Assembly: GCA_963836525.1 (NCBI GenBank)
Contig: CAWIJW010000005.1
Coordinates: 25,669-89,668 of the forward strand
From: an uncultured Acidobacteriaceae bacterium
GTDB lineage: Bacteria > Acidobacteriota > Terriglobia > Terriglobales > Acidobacteriaceae
Direction of reading: 5' to 3'
Length of the DNA: 64,000 nucleotides
Part shown: positions 28,274 through 35,936 of the stretch, piece by piece
How positions within the stretch are numbered: position 1 is the stretch's first letter
How the letters are laid out: every line of letters starts with the position of its first letter
Made by a program: the position numbers and the translations under genes
Notes under the pieces: generated by a model
Databases searched by the model: none
The model's input: the letters and a program-made list of their open reading frames with translations, nothing else
What the model was told of the DNA's origin: nothing

Positions 28274-29630
28274 GCAAGAAAGAATTCGCGTTCTGGTTGC
28301 CGACGATCAGCCCCACATTCTGGAAGCCGTGGAGCTGCTGCTGTCTCCGCAGGGCATCGACGTCGATTGCGTGCGATCGCCGCACTTGCTGATGGAAGCG
28401 CTCGGCCAGCGCGACTACGATGTGCTGCTCATCGACCTGAATTACACCCGTGATACCACCTCCGGCCAGGAGGGTCTGGATCTGCTGGCGCGCGTCCAGG
28501 AGTACGACTCACGCTTGCCGGTGATCGTCATGACCGCCTGGGGCAATATCGGGCTGGCTGTCGAATCCATCAAGCGCGGCGCTCGCGACTTTGTCCAGAA
28601 GCCGTGGGAGAACGAGCGCCTCCTCTCACTCATTCGCGTTCATGCGGAGCTGCGCCAGGCACTGCGCCGCGCACGCCAGCTTGAGCTCGAAAACCGCCTG
28701 CTGCTTGCCGAAGGCATGCCCGAGTTCATCGCTCAGGCGCCCGCGATGCAGCCGGTGCTCGAGCTCATTGCGCAGGTCGGCCCCTCCGATGCCAACGTGC
28801 TCGTCACAGGCGAGCATGGCACCGGCAAGGAGATCGTCGCCAGACTGCTCCACGCCGCTTCGCCTCGCGCACGCATGCCGCTGGTGACGGTGAATGCCGG
28901 CGGACTGCCGGAGGGAACGTTTGAGAGCGAAATCTTCGGACATGTGAAGGGCGCCTTTACTGACGCGCGCACCGACCGCATTGGCCGTTTCGAGCTGGCC
29001 AACGGCGGAACGCTCTTTCTTGACGAAATCGCTAACGTCCCATTGCGCCAGCAGGCCAAGCTGTTGCGCGTGCTTGAGGCAGGCGAACTGGAGCGCGTGG
29101 GCTCTTCGCAAACCCGGCATGTGGACGTGCGGCTTTTGTGCGCCACCAACGCACAGTTAGGCGAAGAGGTCAAAGCCGGCAACTTCCGCGAAGATCTGCT
29201 CTTCCGCATCAACACCGTCGAGATTCACCTACCTGCGTTACGTGACAGGCGCGAAGATATTCCGCTGCTTGCTCAGCACTTCCTGCATCGCTGTTGCAGC
29301 CGCTATCGCAAGCGAATCAGCGGTTTTTCGCCATCGGCTATCCAGCACTTGATGCGTTATGCCTGGCCGGGCAACGTGCGCGAGTTGGAGCACGCCGTGG
29401 AGCGCGCTGTTCTGTTGTGCCATGGCGACGAGGTAGGTCCGCCCGACCTCGCCATCACGACAGCGCGACAGGCGCCGCAGTCCTTCGAAAGCATGAGCGT
29501 CGATGAGGTCGAAGCTCTTCTCATCCGCAAGGTTCTTCGCCGCTGCAACGACAACATCACTCAGGCGGCTGAGGCGCTCGGTCTGAGCCGCGCAGCGCTT
29601 TACCGGCGCATTGAAAAATATGGCCTATGA
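28263..29630 (+). CDS. Sigma54-dependent response regulator (NtrC/AtoC family); start codon uncertain
   Basis: Receiver RVLVADDQ...LLIDLN...TAWG...KPW; AAA+ GEHGTGKE, GAFTDA, GGTLFLDEI, WPGNVREL; Fis-type HTH NITQAAEALGLSRAALYRR. The receiver domain extends upstream of the ORF-track GTG at 28329. Confidence 0.92.
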   Translation: MPVKQERIRVLVADDQPHILEAVELLLSPQGIDVDCVRSPHLLMEALGQRDYDVLLIDLNYTRDTTSGQEGLDLLARVQEYDSRLPVIVMTAWGNIGLAVESIKRGARDFVQKPWENERLLSLIRVHAELRQALRRARQLELENRLLLAEGMPEFIAQAPAMQPVLELIAQVGPSDANVLVTGEHGTGKEIVARLLHAASPRARMPLVTVNAGGLPEGTFESEIFGHVKGAFTDARTDRIGRFELANGGTLFLDEIANVPLRQQAKLLRVLEAGELERVGSSQTRHVDVRLLCATNAQLGEEVKAGNFREDLLFRINTVEIHLPALRDRREDIPLLAQHFLHRCCSRYRKRISGFSPSAIQHLMRYAWPGNVRELEHAVERAVLLCHGDEVGPPDLAITTARQAPQSFESMSVDEVEALLIRKVLRRCNDNITQAAEALGLSRAALYRRIEKYGL

Positions 29631-30960
29631 GAGCGGCGTGCGCGGGCACAAGCGATCGGCAATCCGCCGGGCGTGGTGGCATTCCCTGCTGCTCACGCTT
29701 CCCGGGCTGATTCTCGCGTCCGTCTTTGCGATCCAGAGCGGAATAAGTCTCTTCTCTGCGGTTCTCCTCGCCGGCGGCTTGCTGATCTACTTTGCGATTG
29801 TGGCCGCTTCTCTGTTGGACGGGATTGTTCGCCCACTGCAAACGCTCTCGAACGTGGTGGCCTCGCTGCGCGAGGGCGACACATCATTTCGCGCGCGAGG
29901 AGCTGGCGTGACTGACGCGGTCGGTGAGCTTGCAGCGGAGGTCAACGCCCTAGCCGACTTGCTGCAGAAGCAGAGAGTACGCTCGCTTGAATCCACGGTT
30001 CTGTTGGCTCGCATGTTTGAGGTCATGCATACGCCACTATTCGCGTTCGATCGCGAGAACTTGCTGCAAACTGTCAACCCGGCGGGCCTGAGACTGCTGG
30101 CCTTGCCATACTCCCGATGCATCGGCCATAGCGCGCGTGACCTCAGGTTGCTGAACCTTCTCGAAGCACCGGATCATACAATCCATGAATTCGGTTCAGG
30201 GTCTACGCGTTGGCTGCTGCGCAAGGCCGCTTTTCGTCAGGATGGCGTGCCCCACACGCTGCTCCTGCTAGCCGATGTCAGCCTGCCGCTCCGGGAAGAG
30301 GAGCAGATCGCATGGAAGCGCCTGATCCGGGTTCTTGGGCACGAATTGTCCAATTCGCTGGCGCCCATCAAGTCCATTGCCGGCAGCCTGTTGGCCCGCG
30401 TGGGCAGCCTGCCCGATGATGCACAGCACGATTTTCGGCGCGGTTTGAGTGTTGTCGAGAGCCGCGCCGACGCCCTGCACCGCTTTGTGCAATCGTACCG
30501 GCAACTTGCGCAGTTGCCTCCGCCGCAGTTCAAAGCAGTTCATCTCGCGCCGTTGCTGGAGCGCGTCGTGCTTTTGGAACAGCGCATTCACGTGGAACTC
30601 GTTCCGGGGCCCCAGGCCAGCCTGAATGCGGATTCGGATCAATTGGAACAGATGCTGATCAATCTGCTGGCCAACGCCGCTGACGCCTCCCTGGCGAACG
30701 GGGCAAAGCCTGTGCGCGTGACGTGGGAAACGAGCCCCTCCCGCGTGGAGATCATCATTGAAGACCGTGGCCTGGGGATCGCCAATCCAGACAACCTGTT
30801 TGTTCCGTTCTATACCACCAAGACCACGGGAAGCGGTATCGGCCTTGCGTTAGCTCAACAGATTGCCCGCAGTCATGGTGGCGAGATCTCGCTGCAAAAT
30901 CGCGACGATGGCGAAGGGGCCCGCGCCACGGTCAGCCTGCCCCTGAAACTGACGGCCTGA
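29620..30960 (+). CDS. Sensor histidine kinase (2 TM, HAMP, PAS-like, HisKA, HATPase)
   Basis: Two adjacent hydrophobic segments, then IVRPLQTLSNVV (HAMP), H-box VLGHELSNSL, N-box INLLANA, IEDRGLGI and GSGIGLAL. Overlaps the end of the response regulator gene. Confidence 0.93.
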   Translation: MAYESGVRGHKRSAIRRAWWHSLLLTLPGLILASVFAIQSGISLFSAVLLAGGLLIYFAIVAASLLDGIVRPLQTLSNVVASLREGDTSFRARGAGVTDAVGELAAEVNALADLLQKQRVRSLESTVLLARMFEVMHTPLFAFDRENLLQTVNPAGLRLLALPYSRCIGHSARDLRLLNLLEAPDHTIHEFGSGSTRWLLRKAAFRQDGVPHTLLLLADVSLPLREEEQIAWKRLIRVLGHELSNSLAPIKSIAGSLLARVGSLPDDAQHDFRRGLSVVESRADALHRFVQSYRQLAQLPPPQFKAVHLAPLLERVVLLEQRIHVELVPGPQASLNADSDQLEQMLINLLANAADASLANGAKPVRVTWETSPSRVEIIIEDRGLGIANPDNLFVPFYTTKTTGSGIGLALAQQIARSHGGEISLQNRDDGEGARATVSLPLKLTA

Positions 30961-30980
30961 AGTGATTAAGAAGCGCTAAG

Positions 30981-31175
30981 TGGACTGCCCGGCGGAATCT
31001 GTGCCGGTGGGAATGAGACAGACCAGTACGTGAAGGGCCCGAATCAGACAGACCGTTTTGCTGATGGAGTTGCCGCGGTTTGCAGTGGGCAGATCATTGA
31101 GGTGCTGAAACACCTGAGGTCGGGAGTGCCTGTGGTGGAGGTGATCGGAAGAACCGGCATCAGGCAAATTCTACC
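30981..31175 (+). mobile_element. IS3-family remnant (probable left end plus a degenerate OrfA HTH)
   Basis: Begins TGGACTGCCCGGCGG, consistent with a 5'-TG terminus. Nt 31090-31161 read QIIEVLKHLRSGVPVVEVIGRTGI, resembling the IS3/IS407-group OrfA HTH. There is no OrfB. Confidence 0.5.
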
Positions 31176-31375
31176 CCCTGATAGGCACATGATAATCTCC
31201 TGTTCGGTGCGGCTCGAAAATCGGAATTGCGTAGTGGGAACTTGCGTATATTCAGCGACATAGAGAACTTCGCTGGCAAGATTTAAGGGCAAGCTTCGCG
31301 AATTACCCTGTGTTCTTCCCTGTTAGCGGGGAATTCTGTCCAGAGAACGGTTCGCAGGAAACTCTGCCCTGCGCT

Positions 31376-31452
31376 ACGATTGCATCGAGCAGACGCTCGC
31401 TGAGCGCTCGTACGGGAACTTCCTCCACAACCACGCAGCGATTCGTTTGCCG
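31376..31452 (+). repeat. 77-bp direct repeat, copy B, preceded by a degenerate tRNA-Ser-like 3' end
   Basis: 58/77 identical to 5041-5117. Upstream GGTTCG....CCCTGCGCTA (~31349-31376) parallels the tRNA sequence GGTTCG...CCCTCTCCGCCA. Confidence 0.85.
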
Positions 31453-31758
31453 GGTCGTGCTTTCTCTAACGCAAAGCATTCAGAGCCAAAGACTCACGAA
31501 ATGGCTTTGGACCCTGGCGCCCTTCCGGCCAAATCCTCGATTCTCTGGCGCATTTGGCCGGCCGCTAGAGTCTCACTGAGCGAGTTGGCGATCCTGCACT
31601 CATTGAGTTGCGCGGATTTTCAAAACTGAGTTCTGCGTAGCCCCAGGCAGATACCGACGCGATTGACTGGCATCCGGAATTGTGCAGCGTTCCGCGCCGT
31701 TGTGGCAGTTGTCCACGAGTGCCGCCGGCAGACCCGCCCAGCGGAGGATTATTGGCGA

Positions 31759-31787
31759 TTGCTTCAGATTGGCAGGTCCGCTATAAT
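31759..31787 (+). promoter_or_regulatory. Sigma70-type promoter for the four-gene operon
   Basis: TTGCTT (31759-64), 17-nt spacer, perfect TATAAT (31782-87), about 160 bp upstream of ATG 31946. Confidence 0.6.
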
Positions 31788-31945
31788 TGCGCAGATTTTC
31801 CTCCCCTGTCGAACACGAACCCGGGTAACGTAATCCGTAAACGGCGCACCCGGCGCGCCGGCCGCGACCTTTGAGTCGCGCCAGAGTGCCGCGTGCAGGC
31901 TGTTGCTGATCTGAGTTTTTCACACAATATTCAAGGTGACTTGCG

Positions 31946-32458
31946 ATGAACGAAGTGAGATGCCCACGCTGTGGCGGGACAAACGCGCCAAATGCCGCGT
32001 TCTGCGCAACCTGCGGAACGCCGCTCGTCGTCCAGCAACCCGCGGCCCCTGCGGACCAGTCTTCGGCGCCGGGGTGGCAGCAACCTGCCGCGAACCAACC
32101 TCCGCCCCCCAACGCATACCCTCCTCCGCCAAACGTCTATCCGCCGCCACCACCTGGTGCTATTCCCGCGCCCCCTGGCGTTTATGCTCCAATGGTCGTC
32201 GGCGCCAAGGTGACCGGTCAGAACACCAAATGGGCCATCGGGCTCGGTATCGTGGCCCTGTTCTGCTGCGGACCGTTTACGGCGATTCCAGGCATCTTTC
32301 TCGCCAAGAAGGACATGGATGAGATCGCTGCCGGGCGAGCCCCGCAATTGAACGAAAGCTCGGCCAAAGGCGCCTTTTACCTGAACATCATTGCCTTGAT
32401 TCTCTCTCTGATCGGGATCTTCTTTTTCTGGGGCAGAACGGGGCTGCGCGGATTCTGA
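31946..32458 (+). CDS. Zinc-ribbon, Pro-rich, two-TM membrane protein (DUF4190-like C-terminus)
   Basis: CPRCG..N...AAFCATCG, then a PPPPNAYPPPPNVYPPPPPG linker, then hydrophobic WAIGLGIVALFCCGPFTAIPGIFLA and YLNIIALILSLIGIFFFW. Confidence 0.75.
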   Translation: MNEVRCPRCGGTNAPNAAFCATCGTPLVVQQPAAPADQSSAPGWQQPAANQPPPPNAYPPPPNVYPPPPPGAIPAPPGVYAPMVVGAKVTGQNTKWAIGLGIVALFCCGPFTAIPGIFLAKKDMDEIAAGRAPQLNESSAKGAFYLNIIALILSLIGIFFFWGRTGLRGF

Positions 32459-32477
32459 GGTCCACCGGAGCGCCACC

Positions 32478-32906
32478 ATGTACGGCCGGAGAGACAAATC
32501 GGTTGCCATTGGCATGCTGGTGTCTGCCTGTGCTGTTCTCGCGGCCGCGGCGTGGCTGAAGCCGGCAGCATGCGGGTATGGCACGCATACCCAGCTCGGG
32601 CTGCCTCCATGCAACTTCCTGCGATTGACGCATCTGCCCTGCCCGAGCTGCGGATTGACCACCTGTTTCGCGTGGGCGATCCGGCTCCACTTCTGGAACG
32701 CATTTCTCGCCAATCCGTTCGGCATTTTGGCGTTCCTGGGCACAGTATTGCTGATCCCGGCGGCCATCTTTTTGCTCTGGCGCCGCATGTCATTTCGACG
32801 GATCACGGAGCACGCTTACTTCAACAAGGCCGTATATGCTGGGACTGCCCTTTACTTCCTGAGCTGGATTTTCAAGTTAGCAGAGTTTCAATTCGCGGGT
32901 CACTGA
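32478..32906 (+). CDS. DUF2752-like membrane protein
   Basis: PCNFLRLTHLPCPSCGLTT, A.RLHF..AFLANPFG and three hydrophobic segments match the DUF2752 pattern. Confidence 0.8.
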   Translation: MYGRRDKSVAIGMLVSACAVLAAAAWLKPAACGYGTHTQLGLPPCNFLRLTHLPCPSCGLTTCFAWAIRLHFWNAFLANPFGILAFLGTVLLIPAAIFLLWRRMSFRRITEHAYFNKAVYAGTALYFLSWIFKLAEFQFAGH

Positions 32907-32940
32907 AGTTCTGGCTGCGCACCCGGAATAAGGAGAGCCC

Positions 32941-34626
32941 ATGGCCACCGTCGCTTCCCCGCTGATCTGTCCGCAAGGTCACGGTCCTGGCATACCGGGC
33001 ACACGATTCTGCACCATGTGCGGGACACAGCTTGTCACCCCAGTTGCTCCGGGACAACCGGCGCCTGCGAATGCAGCATTGGCACAACCGCCAACCGCGG
33101 GCGGGTGGCAACCGGTGAACACGGGGCCGGGCCAAGCGATGCCGGCAGGGCAGTGGCAGCCAGCGGCTGCGGCCCCGGTCCAGCCGCTTCCAACGGTTCC
33201 AGCGCCCGCGCCGGCGCCTTCGGTGACGAGCCAAGCGGCCAACTGCAATGTCTGCGGAGGCAATGGCGCCCGCCTCAGCGCAACGGAGGTTGTCTGCCCG
33301 GAATGTGGATGGCTCCGCCCGCTGCTTCCTGGTTACCAACTCGATCGGTCCGTCTTTCTTTGGGCGCAGGACGGCCAGGCAATGACCAAATTGCAAAAGA
33401 TCCCCACGCTCCACACAGCCGTGAAGGCCGTCTCCGACAGGGTGGGCCGCCCGTGGATCGAATCGACGTTCAACGGCATTCGCCTCGGTCCGAGGCAATT
33501 TCCCGATATTTGGTTTCGAGCAGTTCTGGCTGCGCGAATTCTCGGCCTGCCGAATATGCCCGATGTCTATATTTCGGGCGATCAAATGTGGAACACCTTT
33601 ACCTTCGGCACGGAGACCAGCTCCTTCATCGTGCTGGGCACCGCGATCCTGAATAACTTCCAGAACGACGAATTGCTCTTCGTGCTGGCGCGCGAGATGG
33701 GACACTGCCGCGCCGGCCACGCCCTTTGGAAGACGGTGTCTCGTTTCCTCGCCGGCGACGTGAGTACGCATGGCGTACTTTCCCAGGGAGTGTTGAATGC
33801 GATCAGCCTCAGCCCTACGAAATGGATCCAGGACGCAGTGGACATACCGCTGATGGCGTGGGCGCGCCAAGCGGATATCACCGCCGACCGCGCCGGGCTG
33901 CTCGCCGTCGGTGACGAAGCCCTTGTGCGCCGCGTTCTGCTCGCATGGTCCATCCGCTCGGCCAGGCTCCTCAAGCAGGTCAACATTGAGGAATGGATGA
34001 AGCAGGAAGAGGCCAGCGACGATCAATTGACGCGCATCTCCGAAATGACCACCACCTCCTCCATGTACACCACGCGGCGCTTGCGGTTGCTCGGTCAGGC
34101 GGCGCACGAGCCCGAGCTTATGCGCTGGAGCCAGAGCATCCAGCCGGTTCGCAAGAAGATTGCTCTTCCGCCGCAGCCGGTGCCGGGTTCGCCCGCTGCT
34201 GCGCCTGCCGCTGCGCGTGCCGTCGCGTCCGCCGCCGCGCCGGCGCCCACCGACTCCATTCGTGTGGCTTGCAACAAGTGTCAAGCCGCCATGCGCATCC
34301 CCCTTGCCGTTTTGCGCGGCAAAACGTCACTGAATGTCCGCTGCCCGCAGTGTCAAAACGTCTTTACGTTGCGGCCCAAACCGGCTTCACAGGCGGCGCC
34401 TGCCGCCGCGCCAGCAAGACCGGCTGCCGGCCCCCCGCCGCCTGCCACTGCACAAACTAAACCAGCCGCACCGCCGCCGCCCGCCACGGCACAAACTAAG
34501 CCAGCTGTTCCGCCACCGCCGTCCGCTGCCGCACCCGCAAAACCGGCTGCCGCGCCGCCGGCGCCTGCGAGTGCAAAAACAAAATCGAATGCCCGGCCGC
34601 CGGCGCCTGCCGCCGCAAGAAAATGA
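32941..34626 (+). CDS. M48-like metallopeptidase-fold protein with three zinc ribbons and an altered metal site (REMGH)
   Basis: GIRLGPRQFP, PDVYI...NTFTFG, ELLFVLAREMGH and ADITADRAGLL give an M48/HtpX-like core. Cys clusters CPQGH..FCTMC, CNVC..CPEC and CNKC..CPQC; Ala/Pro-rich linkers. Confidence 0.8.
   Translation: MATVASPLICPQGHGPGIPGTRFCTMCGTQLVTPVAPGQPAPANAALAQPPTAGGWQPVNTGPGQAMPAGQWQPAAAAPVQPLPTVPAPAPAPSVTSQAANCNVCGGNGARLSATEVVCPECGWLRPLLPGYQLDRSVFLWAQDGQAMTKLQKIPTLHTAVKAVSDRVGRPWIESTFNGIRLGPRQFPDIWFRAVLAARILGLPNMPDVYISGDQMWNTFTFGTETSSFIVLGTAILNNFQNDELLFVLAREMGHCRAGHALWKTVSRFLAGDVSTHGVLSQGVLNAISLSPTKWIQDAVDIPLMAWARQADITADRAGLLAVGDEALVRRVLLAWSIRSARLLKQVNIEEWMKQEEASDDQLTRISEMTTTSSMYTTRRLRLLGQAAHEPELMRWSQSIQPVRKKIALPPQPVPGSPAAAPAAARAVASAAAPAPTDSIRVACNKCQAAMRIPLAVLRGKTSLNVRCPQCQNVFTLRPKPASQAAPAAAPARPAAGPPPPATAQTKPAAPPPPATAQTKPAVPPPPSAAAPAKPAAAPPAPASAKTKSNARPPAPAAARK
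34432..34551 (+). repeat. 39-bp (13-aa) tandem repeat PPPPATAQTKPA[A/V] in the M48-like tail
   Basis: Units 34432-34470 and 34471-34509, plus a degenerate third unit 34510-34551. Confidence 0.8.
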
Positions 34627-34661
34627 GCCGGCTAACCGAGAAAGAAAAGAGAGGTTGAATT

Positions 34662-35780
34662 ATGCCAGATGATTCGAATGAAGTCGTAGTGATTGTGCCC
34701 GATGCACCCGGCAATGCAGCCACGGGTTCGGCGGACGGTTTGGCCCCTACCGAGTCCGAGCCGGTCGTTGTCGAAGTCTTTGACGCCGTCGTCGATCCAA
34801 CCGGGAGCAATGATCCAACGGACCCGACAGCGAGCGCCACGACCACGGGCGAACCCGAAGTCATCGTGGTTGAAACCGCCGCCTCGCCGGATGGTGAACC
34901 GGAGGTCATTGTGATCGAGCCTGGCGCCGATGCTCCCGACACTGAAACCGGATCGGCGGCAGATCCCACTAGCCAGAGCGATCCGGGCAACGATCCGACA
35001 GGCGTCGCCGATCCCATCGCTGCCACTCCAGACACTGGAGACGCACCAACTTTGGGCGACCAAGGACCGGAGGGTTCAGTCGATCCCATCGGTACTTCTC
35101 CCGACACTGGAGACGGGACGGCGTCACCCGGCGGCACCGATCCCACGGATTCGACGACGGCCGGCTCCGACGATCCGACCGCAGGAGGAATCATCGGCTC
35201 CGATCCCGATATGACTCCAGCCGACCCCGACACTACGGGCACGACCGATCCTGATGCCACGGGCACAACTGACCCAGATTCCCAGACCCAGAGCGATACC
35301 TTGACGGCCGACCAGCAAACGCTGCAGCAAGAGGAGCAGGAAGAGGGAAAGGCCGCCGCCTCAGGCGACTATGCAACCGCGCAGAACGATGCCCAGCAAG
35401 CCTATGAGCAATCGCAGACCGTGGCGAACGAAGGAGGCCCGGACTCGACCGACCAGACCTGGGAAGCGGCTCAGAACGAGAGCTGGGCAAATTGGGACCA
35501 GCAGACCGCAGATCAGGACCAGCAGACCGCCCAGAGTTATGCCGAGTCAGGAAATCCTGACGATGCCCAGATCTATTCCGACGCCGCTCAAAACGAACAG
35601 CAGAATGCCGACAACTACGGCGAAGCGGGCGAGTATGGCGATCCGTTGGGCGAGCCGGTCGATACGCCGGCTGCGACGGATGACGCCCCGGCCGAGGAAG
35701 CCCCGGTGGATGATACGCCAGTCGATGATTCTGCTGCGGTGGATACGTCGGCGGTCGACGACGATTCGTCGGCTACATGA
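34662..35780 (+). CDS. Extremely acidic low-complexity protein of unknown function (372 aa)
   Basis: SD GAGAGG 8 nt before the ATG, 35 nt after the previous stop. D/E/T/P/A/G/Q-rich with one Lys and no Arg, His or Cys. Confidence 0.75.
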   Translation: MPDDSNEVVVIVPDAPGNAATGSADGLAPTESEPVVVEVFDAVVDPTGSNDPTDPTASATTTGEPEVIVVETAASPDGEPEVIVIEPGADAPDTETGSAADPTSQSDPGNDPTGVADPIAATPDTGDAPTLGDQGPEGSVDPIGTSPDTGDGTASPGGTDPTDSTTAGSDDPTAGGIIGSDPDMTPADPDTTGTTDPDATGTTDPDSQTQSDTLTADQQTLQQEEQEEGKAAASGDYATAQNDAQQAYEQSQTVANEGGPDSTDQTWEAAQNESWANWDQQTADQDQQTAQSYAESGNPDDAQIYSDAAQNEQQNADNYGEAGEYGDPLGEPVDTPAATDDAPAEEAPVDDTPVDDSAAVDTSAVDDDSSAT

Positions 35781-35936
35781 GACTCGCTATGCGCGACCGA
35801 TAGGGAGAGCGCGGAGATCTTTCTGCCGCCGCGCGTGTGGGGCGAGCCGGAACAGGCCGGGCGGTCGTGCTCACGATGGTGGGGGCCGACTGCGGCCGCG
35901 CCAAGATGACGGCCGGTGTGCTCCGCACGCCGTTCT

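Larger units (their letters stand above)
5042..31452. mobile_element. Putative decayed genomic island integrated at tRNA-Ser, carrying the multi-permease ABC locus
   Basis: Starts at the tRNA 3' end and is bracketed by the 77-bp direct repeat. It has tRNA 3'-end scars at the left end, a degenerate scar at ~31350-31376, and an IS3 remnant near the right end. The ends are visibly more AT-rich than the coding core. No integrase is present. Confidence 0.5.
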
